Shown here one piece after another: positions 41,878 to 51,479 of a DNA stretch of 64,000 bases. The notes under the pieces are model-generated. The model ran no database searches. It was not told the origin of the DNA and was given only the letters and a program-made list of their open reading frames with translations. A program made the translations under genes and the position numbers. Each line of letters opens with the position of its first letter. Within the stretch, counting starts at the first letter, position 1. Source of the stretch: an uncultured cyanobacterium (GTDB taxonomy: Bacteria; Cyanobacteriota; Cyanobacteriia; PCC-6307; Cyanobiaceae). The stretch covers positions 29,199-93,198 of the forward strand of contig CAVONQ010000001.1 in NCBI GenBank assembly GCA_963697335.1, in the 5' to 3' direction.

Positions 41878-44249
41878 GACAGGGGGTGCTCTCCGGGCGG
41901 ACCGCCGGGCTGAGGCCCGCCCAGCGGCGGCGGCTGGAGCAGCTCTGCCACCGGCGACACCCGGAGGATGGGGTTGCCGAGCTGCTGTGCCTGCAGCGGT
42001 TGGCGGCCGAGAGTCGGGAGCTGGAGCTGCCGCTCACCTTGGTGGTGGATGGGCGGGGGCTGTGCCGGCTGCTGTGGGTGGGCCCGCTGGAGCAGTCGGG
42101 CCAGCTGCTGGAGAAGCTGCCGGGCTCCCAGCGGCGCCAGGGCCGTGCCCTGCGCCTGCTCACCTGCTGCGGCCGGGCCCGCCATCTCGAACCCGGCAGC
42201 CAGGAAGGGGTGGTGGGGCTCGACCTCCAACCCCAGCTGTGGCTGCGCTACGGCGACCAGGCCGAAGCCGGGGGCCACTGGAGTGCTGCCCTGTTCGTGC
42301 CCAGCGGCCAGCGGGGCCAACCCTGGAGCAGCGAACAGCTGGGGGAGCTGGGCGCGCTCTGCGCCATCGATCCCGGCCTCTGGGCCCCGTCCATGGGCGA
42401 GGCGGGCAGCGCTGCCGCCGAGCCCACGACGGCCCGGAGCACCGCCGGCCAGGAACGGGTGCTGCTGCTGGCCCTCACACCGGGCGACCGGGCCGCCGCC
42501 CAGCGGCTGATCGGCGAACTGGAGGGGCTGGTGCGCAGCGCCGGCGCCGTGCCGGTGGGGGTGGTGGAGCAGCGCCGCAGCCAGGTCTCGCCCCACACGG
42601 TGTGGGGCGAAGGGAAGCTGGCGGAGGCCGCCTTGGAAGCCCGGCGCCTCGGGGCCACCCTGGTGGTGACGGATCGGGAGCTGAGCCCACTGCAGGCGCG
42701 CAACCTGGAGCGCCTGCTGGATCTGCCGATCAGCGATCGCAGCGAGCTGATCCTGGACATTTTCGCCCAGAGGGCCGCCAGTGCGGCCGGGCGCCTGCAG
42801 GTGGAACTGGCCCAGCTGCGCTATCGCCTGCCCCGGCTGAGCGGGCGCGGCCGCAGCCTCTCGCGCCAGGGGGGTGGCATCGGCACCCGGGGGCCGGGCG
42901 AAACCCAGCTGGAAAAGGATCGCCGCGCCATCGCCCGCCGCATTGAGCGCCTGCAACGGGACGTGCGCCAGCTGGAGGCCCACCGGGCCAGGTTGCGGAG
43001 CGGGCGGCAGGCCCTGAAGCGGCTGGCCCTGGTGGGCTACACCAACGCCGGCAAGAGCTCCCTGCTCAACGCCCTCACCCGGGCGGAGGGAGCGGAGCCG
43101 GTGCTCGCCGCCGACAAGCTCTTCGCCACCCTCGATCCCACCACCCGCCGGCTCGGCCTGGGCGGGGCCGGCGGCCTGCCCGGCGAGACCCTGCTGCTCA
43201 CCGACACGGTGGGATTCATCCGCGAGCTGCCCCCCGCTCTGATGGAGGCCTTCCGCTCCACCCTGGAGGAAACCCTCGAGGCCGATGGCCTGCTGCTGCT
43301 GGTGGACCTGAGCGATCCGGCCTGGCCTGAGCAGCGCCGCACGGTGCTGGCCATTCTCGAGGGGCTCGGGGCCGCCATGCCACGCCGGCTGGTGGCCAAC
43401 CAGATCGACCGCTGTTCTGCCGCCGAGATCGAGCGGGCCCAGGCCCTCGAGCCCGATGCCCTGTTCGTGTCCGCCACCGAAGGGCTTGGGCTGCAGCGGC
43501 TCAAGGAGGCCCTGCTCGACTGGCCCCCGCCAGCGGATGGGGGGACTGTGGCAGCATCGATCATCACGGGCGAAGGCGCCCTTCCCTTCCCTTCCACCGC
43601 CCCCGTCCCTGCCATGGCGCTACAACTCGGCGATACCGTTCCCGATTTCACCCAGGATTCCCAGTTGGGTCCGATCCACTTCTATGACTACGCCGGCGAG
43701 AGCTGGGTGGTGCTGTTTTCCCATCCCGCCGACTACACCCCCGTCTGCACCACTGAGCTGGGGGAAGTGTCACGCCTGCGCCCCGAATGGGAGAAGCGCA
43801 ACGTCAAGACCATCGCCCTGAGTGTGGACTCCGCCGAGAGCCATAAGGGCTGGATCGGCGACATCAACGAAACCCAGAACACCAGCGTCGACTACCCGAT
43901 CCTCGCCGATGCGGACAAGACGGTGAGCGATCTCTACGGGATGATCCATCCCAAGGCGCTCAACAACCTCACGGTGCGCTCGGTGTTCATCATCGACCCC
44001 AACAAGAAGCTGCGCCTGCAGATCACCTACCCCGCCAGCACCGGCCGCAACTTCGACGAAATCCTGCGGGTGATCGACTCCCTGCAGCTCACCGACTACC
44101 ACCAGGTGGCCACCCCGGTGAACTGGAAGGACGGTGAGGACTGCGTGGTGGTGCCCTCCATCCCCACCGATGAGGCCCGGGTCAAGTTCCCGAAGGGTGT
44201 CACGGAAGTGAAGCCCTACCTGCGCATGACCCCCCAGCCCAACAAATGA
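41874..44249 (+). CDS. hflX: GTPase HflX, open in frame into the downstream peroxiredoxin
   Basis: [45 protein letters not shown] start at 41874; first in-frame stop is at 44247-44249. Confidence 0.9.
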   Translation: MRQGVLSGRTAGLRPAQRRRLEQLCHRRHPEDGVAELLCLQRLAAESRELELPLTLVVDGRGLCRLLWVGPLEQSGQLLEKLPGSQRRQGRALRLLTCCGRARHLEPGSQEGVVGLDLQPQLWLRYGDQAEAGGHWSAALFVPSGQRGQPWSSEQLGELGALCAIDPGLWAPSMGEAGSAAAEPTTARSTAGQERVLLLALTPGDRAAAQRLIGELEGLVRSAGAVPVGVVEQRRSQVSPHTVWGEGKLAEAALEARRLGATLVVTDRELSPLQARNLERLLDLPISDRSELILDIFAQRAASAAGRLQVELAQLRYRLPRLSGRGRSLSRQGGGIGTRGPGETQLEKDRRAIARRIERLQRDVRQLEAHRARLRSGRQALKRLALVGYTNAGKSSLLNALTRAEGAEPVLAADKLFATLDPTTRRLGLGGAGGLPGETLLLTDTVGFIRELPPALMEAFRSTLEETLEADGLLLLVDLSDPAWPEQRRTVLAILEGLGAAMPRRLVANQIDRCSAAEIERAQALEPDALFVSATEGLGLQRLKEALLDWPPPADGGTVAASIITGEGALPFPSTAPVPAMALQLGDTVPDFTQDSQLGPIHFYDYAGESWVVLFSHPADYTPVCTTELGEVSRLRPEWEKRNVKTIALSVDSAESHKGWIGDINETQNTSVDYPILADADKTVSDLYGMIHPKALNNLTVRSVFIIDPNKKLRLQITYPASTGRNFDEILRVIDSLQLTDYHQVATPVNWKDGEDCVVVPSIPTDEARVKFPKGVTEVKPYLRMTPQPNK
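43614..44249 (+). CDS. 1-Cys peroxiredoxin (Prx6)
   Basis: [34 protein letters not shown]; own ATG at 43614. Confidence 0.93.
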   Translation: MALQLGDTVPDFTQDSQLGPIHFYDYAGESWVVLFSHPADYTPVCTTELGEVSRLRPEWEKRNVKTIALSVDSAESHKGWIGDINETQNTSVDYPILADADKTVSDLYGMIHPKALNNLTVRSVFIIDPNKKLRLQITYPASTGRNFDEILRVIDSLQLTDYHQVATPVNWKDGEDCVVVPSIPTDEARVKFPKGVTEVKPYLRMTPQPNK

Positions 44250-44288
44250 GGCTGACCTAAGCGGGGCCACCATGGCCCTCTCTTCCCC

Positions 44289-45467
44289 ATGAAGGTGCTG
44301 GGGCTGATGAGCGGCACCAGTGCCGATGGCGTCGATGCGGTGCTGGCCAGCTTTGCTGGCCCCGCCGCCCGGCCGCGCTGGGAGCTGCTCAGCCGCGCGG
44401 CCGTGCCCTACCCCGCCGACCTGCGCCAGCGCCTGATCGCCTTGGGCCAGGGCGAGCCCTGCAGCGCTGCCGCCATCCTTGAACTGGCCGAAGCCGTCAC
44501 GGGGATGCAGGCGGAAGCCGCTCTGGCCTGCGATCCCCACGGCCAGGCGGAGCTGGTGGGTTGCCACGGCCAGACGGTGTGGCACCGCCCGCCATCCCCT
44601 GGGCGCGAGGGCAACAGCTGGCAGCTGCTCGAGGCCTCCAGGCTGGCGGCCCAGCTCGGGCGACCGGTGGTGCACGACTTTCGCGCCGCCGACCTGGCCC
44701 TCGGCGGCCAGGGGGCCCCGCTGGTGCCTCCGGCCGACGCCGCCCTGCTGGGGCGCATCGACGGCTGGCGGGGGGTGCTCAACCTCGGCGGCATCGCCAA
44801 TCTCACCCTGATCCCGCCGGCCCACGGTCCCGAGCGCCAAGCCAGCCTGCTGGGCTGGGACTGCGGCCCCGCCAACACCCTGGTGGACCTGGCGGTGGAG
44901 CGCTTCAGCGGCGGGCGCCTCAGCTTTGATGCCAGCGGCGCCTGGGCCAGCCGTGGCCACATCGACCACGCCGTACTGGAGACCTGGCTGAAGGAGCCCT
45001 ATTTCCAGCAGCCCCCTCCCAAATCGACTGGGCGGGAACTGTTCGGCAGGCCTGATCTGGAGCGGCGGCTGCAGGATCTCAGGGTCTCAGCTGGCGGCCC
45101 CCCAGCCAGCAGCGCCCCGGCGGAACTGGAACCTGCTGATGTGCTCGCCAGCCTCACCGCCTTCAGTGCGGCGGCCGTGGCTCAGGAGCTGAGGCATGGC
45201 CCCCAGCCGGTGGAGCTGCTGCTGGCCGGCGGCGGCGCCCGCAATCATCTGCTGGTGGCCCAGCTGCGGCAGCGCTGCCGTGGCGTCATCGTGAGACCTC
45301 TGGCCGATTTCGGCCTCCTGGACAGCGACCGCGAAGCGCTGGCCTTTGCCCTGCTGGCCTGGTGGAACCATCGGGGCCATCCCGGCAATGCCCCTGCGGT
45401 GACAGGTGCCCGGCGCTCCAGCCTGCTGGGGGTGTGGGTGCCTCCCCCAGGCTCAGCCCCCGGCTGA
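44289..45467 (+). CDS. anmK: anhydro-N-acetylmuramic acid kinase
   Basis: GLMSGTSADGVD, HGQTVWH, GGQGAPLVP, NLGGIAN, DCGPAN, PKSTGRE. Confidence 0.95.
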   Translation: MKVLGLMSGTSADGVDAVLASFAGPAARPRWELLSRAAVPYPADLRQRLIALGQGEPCSAAAILELAEAVTGMQAEAALACDPHGQAELVGCHGQTVWHRPPSPGREGNSWQLLEASRLAAQLGRPVVHDFRAADLALGGQGAPLVPPADAALLGRIDGWRGVLNLGGIANLTLIPPAHGPERQASLLGWDCGPANTLVDLAVERFSGGRLSFDASGAWASRGHIDHAVLETWLKEPYFQQPPPKSTGRELFGRPDLERRLQDLRVSAGGPPASSAPAELEPADVLASLTAFSAAAVAQELRHGPQPVELLLAGGGARNHLLVAQLRQRCRGVIVRPLADFGLLDSDREALAFALLAWWNHRGHPGNAPAVTGARRSSLLGVWVPPPGSAPG

Positions 45468-45773
45468 AGGGCCCGGCCGCTGCAGGCGCAGCCGCTTCGG
45501 GGCGCCCCGAAGCCGTGCGGTGCGCCGCTGTCCCTGGGTCTCCAGCTGCTGGCGCAGGTCGTCGGCACTGACGGGGGCCTCGCCCTCGCTGCCGCGGCGG
45601 GCCTGCTCCAGTCGGGCCACCCCCTGCTGGATCAGCACCTTGGCCATGTTGCTCACGGTGCGGGAGTCCTGCTCGGCGAGGGCAGCCAGCCGCTGGCAGA
45701 GCTCCTCAGGCAACACCACCTGGATCCTGGGCGACTTGGGGCGCCCGCTGGAAGAGGTTTGCCGGGTCGGCAC
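45453..45773 (-). CDS. ribbon-helix-helix (CopG/Arc-like) DNA-binding protein
   Basis: RIQVVLPEELCQRLAALAEQDSRTVSNMAKVLI: beta strand with alternating pattern plus two helices; GTG start at 45773 assumed. Confidence 0.8.
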   Translation of the reverse strand: MPTRQTSSSGRPKSPRIQVVLPEELCQRLAALAEQDSRTVSNMAKVLIQQGVARLEQARRGSEGEAPVSADDLRQQLETQGQRRTARLRGAPKRLRLQRPGPSAGG

Positions 45774-45894
45774 GCCAGGAAGCCAGACAGGGTGGGAGGA
45801 ACCAGCGACTGGGGGGAGCCAGAGAGCGCACCCAGGGAGCGGGCCAGAGATGCCCCGGAGTTCCAGCCGGATCCTAATGGCAACTCTCAGGTGC

Positions 45895-45913
45895 GCATGG
45901 ATAGTATCCATGC
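45895..45913. promoter_or_regulatory. perfect palindrome GCATGGATA-G-TATCCATGC (candidate operator)
   Basis: 9-bp arms with a 1-nt centre, in the gap between divergent genes. Confidence 0.6.
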
Positions 45914-45963
45914 TTATGGTGGAGTCAGCCCATCCGTTCCCCGATCCCCCGGGAGCTGGCCCC

Positions 45964-46215
45964 ATGCCCCAGAGCCGTAAGCGCCGCACCGCCGAACGCA
46001 GTGATGTGCTGGTGTCCGCCGTGATCAGCACCTACCTGCTCACCCACCTGCACCACGTGCTGCAACGGGCCGAGTACGGGGCCCAGCAGGAAGGCCGCAC
46101 CGCCCTGGCCGACAACTACGCCGAGCTGCGCAAGGTGCTCTGCCTGGATGCCCGCACCATGGAAGACGCGTCCGCCTGCGGCACTCCCGTGAACGACAAC
46201 CCCAAGGCCGCCTGA
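45964..46215 (+). CDS. small hypothetical protein (83 aa)
   Basis: ATG 45964; SAVISTYLLTHLHHVLQRAEY; GC3-biased codons. Confidence 0.75.
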   Translation: MPQSRKRRTAERSDVLVSAVISTYLLTHLHHVLQRAEYGAQQEGRTALADNYAELRKVLCLDARTMEDASACGTPVNDNPKAA

Positions 46216-46308
46216 GGGCCCGCAGCCCAATCGCTTGGCAACAGGCCGCAACGGCCTCCTGCCGAATCGACTTGGCGTGCATAGGTTCGGAGCAGTTGGA
46301 CCGTCGTC

Positions 46309-46572
46309 ATGGTCGAGAGCTCCATCAACACCGGCGAAGGGTCCGGAAACCACGCCAGAGCCCTGTATGAGCGCATCAGCGCCGACGCCGAGCTCACCCA
46401 GAAGCTCTTCCGCCAGGCCCTCCAGGATCCCAGCGGAGCCCTGGATCAGATCGTGAGCCTTGGAGAGGAGTACGGCCTGCCGGTGAGCCGAGAGCAGGTC
46501 AAGGCCCATGTGGCGTCCCTGCAGGACGGCCCCAGCAAACAGTGGCTGCTCAAGGCCCGCGGTGGCCTCTGA
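46309..46572 (+). CDS. small hypothetical protein, weakly Nif11-like
   Basis: ALYERISADAELTQKL...IVSLGEEYGLPVSREQV; ends ARGGL. Confidence 0.7.
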   Translation: MVESSINTGEGSGNHARALYERISADAELTQKLFRQALQDPSGALDQIVSLGEEYGLPVSREQVKAHVASLQDGPSKQWLLKARGGL

Positions 46573-46789
46573 GCCCCTGGGGCGTCGGCCTCGGATCGGC
46601 AAGCCCGGCTGACGGTTGCGCCAGTGCTGAAACCAGCATGGTCCGCTGCTGCGGCAGGGCCGAGCGCGGTGACTCGGCGGGGCGGCGGGCACCCCCTCCC
46701 TGGGCCCAGCTGAAGAACAGCCAGTAGCTCACGATCGCCAGGCCCGCCGCCACCACCAGCGCCGCCACCTGTTCCAGACGTCTGATCAT
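46550..46789 (-). CDS. small single-TM hypothetical protein
   Basis: MIRRLEQVAALVVAAGLAIVSYWLFFSWAQGGG. Confidence 0.6.
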   Translation of the reverse strand: MIRRLEQVAALVVAAGLAIVSYWLFFSWAQGGGARRPAESPRSALPQQRTMLVSALAQPSAGLADPRPTPQGLRGHRGP

Positions 46790-46974
46790 CGCGAAACCCT
46801 GCCGGCTCGATCAAGTCTGGCCGAGACGGCTGCGCTCAGGTGGAGGGCCCTGGGCGCGCTGCAGCGGGCAGGCAGCAAGGCAAAGGCTCCGCCGCCGCGG
46901 CAATGATGCGAAAGGATGAGGTGACGTCGCCCTTCCACCGGCGCCCGCCTGTCCCCCTCACCCCGCTCCGCCCC

Positions 46975-48708
<1,734 letters not shown>

Positions 48709-48761
48709 CGGCCCGCCGGCGCGTCCGACATAACAGGAAACGAGGACAACAAAGCCGCCCT

Positions 48762-48802
48762 GTTGCAACGGCTACGAGCAGGACTGAAACAGTTTGTAGC
48801 TT
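48762..48802 (+). promoter_or_regulatory. candidate class II NtcA-activated promoter
   Basis: GTT-N8-TAC (48762-48775), 21-nt spacer, TAGCTT -10 box (48797-48802) preceded by TG. Confidence 0.6.
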
Positions 48803-48836
48803 TGGCCTGGTCCATCGCCCCTTCGCGACGCCTGCC

Positions 48837-49064
48837 ATGTCGGAACCCCTCTCCCTCAGCCTCGGTCAGCAATTCGAGCTGGAAAGGATGAGCCGTGCCA
48901 TCGACGACACCGCCGACCTTCAGGCCCTGCAGGGGATTGCCAAGCAACTCCTGCAGGCCTGGCACAGCCAGAAGGCAGCCACCCAGTGGGTGATGCGTCA
49001 ACAGCTGGGCGCCCCTTCCCAGTTCGGCGCCGGTCTGCCCAATCCGTGGGGTCAGGAGGCATGA
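48837..49064 (+). CDS. NblA-like phycobilisome degradation adaptor (putative)
   Basis: 75 aa; LSLSLGQQFEL resembles the NblA LSLEQxF motif; two-helix pattern ending MRQQLG. Confidence 0.6.
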   Translation: MSEPLSLSLGQQFELERMSRAIDDTADLQALQGIAKQLLQAWHSQKAATQWVMRQQLGAPSQFGAGLPNPWGQEA

Positions 49065-49088
49065 GTCGGACCAGCCGGGGCGGCGCTG

Positions 49089-50324
49089 TCAGGCTCCGCC
49101 CATCTGCACCGGCACCAGCGTCACCTTCCGGGTCTGCCCCTGGCGGCTGATGTTGAGGGTGAGCTGCCCGCCCACTCCGGCCCGCTCCACCGCAGCCACC
49201 ACCTGGGATGGCTCCAGCACCGTTTCCCCACCGGCGGCCACCACCACGTCACCCTGCTGCAGGCCAGCTCGCTCGGCAGGCCCGTCGGCCAGAACGGATG
49301 CCACCCGCACACCACTGTTCAGGCCCGACCCATCGCCTGGGCGCACCAGATCCATGACGATGCCGATCATCGGATGGCTCACCTTGCCGGTGGCGAGCAG
49401 CTGTCTGGCGATGTCGCGGGCCCGGTTGATCGGAATCGCAAAGCCCAGACCCGCGCCTGGCCCCTGCCGCACGAGTGTGTTGATACCGATCACCTCACCG
49501 TCGGCGTTGAGCAGCGGTCCACCGGAGTTGCCGGGGTTGATGGCGGCATCGGTCTGGATCAGCTCCAGTCGCTTGTCGGTGATGCCCAGCTTGGCGGCGT
49601 TGCGGTTGAGGTTGCTGATGATCCCCATGGTCACCGTGTTGTCGAGGCCGTAGGGATTCCCCACCGCAATCGCCCAGTCACCCACCTGCAGCTCCTCTGA
49701 ATCTCCGAGGGGGGCCACCGGCCAGGGGCCCCGACCGCCCAGCCGCACCACCGCCAGGTCCGTGAGGCGGTCGAGGCCCACCACAGTGCCCTCAACCCGC
49801 CGGCCGTCCTGCAATCCCACGGTCACCTTGTCGGTCTTCTCCACCACATGGGCATTGGTGAGGATCAGGCCGTCAGGCTGGATGATGAAGCCGCTGCCCT
49901 GGCCCCGCTCGGTGCGCTGGGAAGGGGGGGCGGCCCGCTGCTGAGGCAGCCCGAAGAACTGGCGAAAGGCCGGATCGTTGAGCAGGGAGCTGGAGGAGCC
50001 ACCCCGGCCGCCCTGCACCAGCACGGTGCGCTCGGTGTCGATCGTCACCACGGCGGGGCCGGCCCGACGCACGGCTGCGGCCACGAACGACTGCCGGCCC
50101 AGGGCCGCCCCGGCTGCCGATCCCCTGGACTGGGCGGCGGCGGCAGACAGAAGGCGCTCGCCGATGGGCGTCAGCCACCCCGACGGGGCGACCAGGGCCG
50201 CCAGCACCGACCCCGAAACCAGCAGAGAGGCGGTGAGACCCGGCAGAGCAGCCCCGGAGCGGCGGGCTCTGGCTCGAGCAGCCCGGGGGCGGGCGGGGAT
50301 GGAACGCAGGCGCAGGTGGGCCAT
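49089..50324 (-). CDS. HtrA/Deg serine protease with PDZ domain
   Basis: [29 protein letters not shown]; single C-terminal PDZ. Confidence 0.95.
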   Translation of the reverse strand: MAHLRLRSIPARPRAARARARRSGAALPGLTASLLVSGSVLAALVAPSGWLTPIGERLLSAAAAQSRGSAAGAALGRQSFVAAAVRRAGPAVVTIDTERTVLVQGGRGGSSSSLLNDPAFRQFFGLPQQRAAPPSQRTERGQGSGFIIQPDGLILTNAHVVEKTDKVTVGLQDGRRVEGTVVGLDRLTDLAVVRLGGRGPWPVAPLGDSEELQVGDWAIAVGNPYGLDNTVTMGIISNLNRNAAKLGITDKRLELIQTDAAINPGNSGGPLLNADGEVIGINTLVRQGPGAGLGFAIPINRARDIARQLLATGKVSHPMIGIVMDLVRPGDGSGLNSGVRVASVLADGPAERAGLQQGDVVVAAGGETVLEPSQVVAAVERAGVGGQLTLNISRQGQTRKVTLVPVQMGGA

Positions 50325-50521
50325 GGCGATCGGATCAGAACATCTGGGGGCGGTGAAGGCGGCTCGAGGCCAGCGGTGGGCCGGCCATCGATGGGAAGCG
50401 GTGAACCGACAGGAGATGACGCTTCAACCGTACGCAGGACAGCGGACGGAACGCCGCTCAACGCTCCAGACGCCGCAGCGCCACAACGCCGCCTAGATTA
50501 AGCAAAGATTTGTATCGAGCC

Positions 50522-50635
50522 ATGGACACCGAGCGGCTGCTACTCGCCTTTCTGACTTTCGGAGCTGCCTGCACCACCCTGTGGGCCTGGATGGTGGCCA
50601 CCAGCGGGGCCAATTCCCGCCAATCCGGGCAATGA
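50522..50635 (+). CDS. putative 37-aa single-TM small protein
   Basis: Manual translation MDTERLLLAFLTFGAACTTLWAWMVATSGANSRQSGQ*; follows an AT-rich promoter-like patch. Confidence 0.5.
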   Translation: MDTERLLLAFLTFGAACTTLWAWMVATSGANSRQSGQ

Positions 50636-50681
50636 TGGGGCAGACGGTCCGTCCGAGTCCCACTTCAGCAGGCCCCAGGCC

Positions 50682-50984
50682 ATGAACGCGATCCTCTCCC
50701 AGATCTTCCCGATCCTCTACGGCATCTGTTTCCTGGCCCTGCTCTGGCAGGCCTTCCGGGTGATGGGCCAGGGCTTCAGGGCCGTCTCGGCCCCAGGGGA
50801 TCGCCCCCCGGAACGCGCCAACGCTGGCGCCCCCTCCATCGCTGGGGCCACCGATCGCACGGGGCGGCTCACCATCCACCCCGAGCTGCTGGACGCCGAA
50901 GGCCAGCTCACGGATGAAGATCTGCTCACCGTTCGCTTCAGCGGCGACAATGAGCGCCCGGCCTTCCCGAGCGATCCCGGCTGA
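50682..50984 (+). CDS. DUF2973-like membrane protein
   Basis: N-terminal TM, then TIHPELLDAEG...EDLLTVRF. Confidence 0.8.
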   Translation: MNAILSQIFPILYGICFLALLWQAFRVMGQGFRAVSAPGDRPPERANAGAPSIAGATDRTGRLTIHPELLDAEGQLTDEDLLTVRFSGDNERPAFPSDPG

Positions 50985-51041
50985 GGCCGCGTCACTGAAT
51001 AGGCTCACCGCTGAGCAAGTGATTTCAGGGAGGTCGAGCAT

Positions 51042-51425
51042 TTGGATCCACGCACGCGCATCGTGGCCGCACTGTTGCGGAATCTCAAGCTGCCTCCTCG
51101 CTTCCGCCTCAAGCTGGTGAAGGACGATCCGATCCGGCTGGAGCTGAGCGTCACCCCCGCCTATGGCAAGGCGCCGGTGCTGGTGGGCCTCGTGGAATCC
51201 CAGGACCTGGTGGCCCGGCGTGACAGGGAAGGCCGCATTCCCAGGGACCTGCAGGGCACCTGGGACTGGACGGTGCGGCACGGCAAGGTGAGCACCGGCG
51301 GCTGGAATCCCTATCTCAAAGAGGCCCTCCAGACGATGTTCGAAACCGGGCTGCCCGCCGTGGTCTACGAGGAGCTCACCGGCGAGGCATACCACCCCGT
51401 GGACGGCGTGAGGCACGTGCGCTGA
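51042..51425 (+). CDS. hypothetical protein
   Basis: 127-aa ORF with TTG start, upstream GGAGG and GC3 bias. Confidence 0.75.
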   Translation: MDPRTRIVAALLRNLKLPPRFRLKLVKDDPIRLELSVTPAYGKAPVLVGLVESQDLVARRDREGRIPRDLQGTWDWTVRHGKVSTGGWNPYLKEALQTMFETGLPAVVYEELTGEAYHPVDGVRHVR

Positions 51426-51479
51426 CCCCGCAGGCTGCGATCCGCCCCCTTGGGAGGGTCGCCCTGGGGGGCTGAGCTG

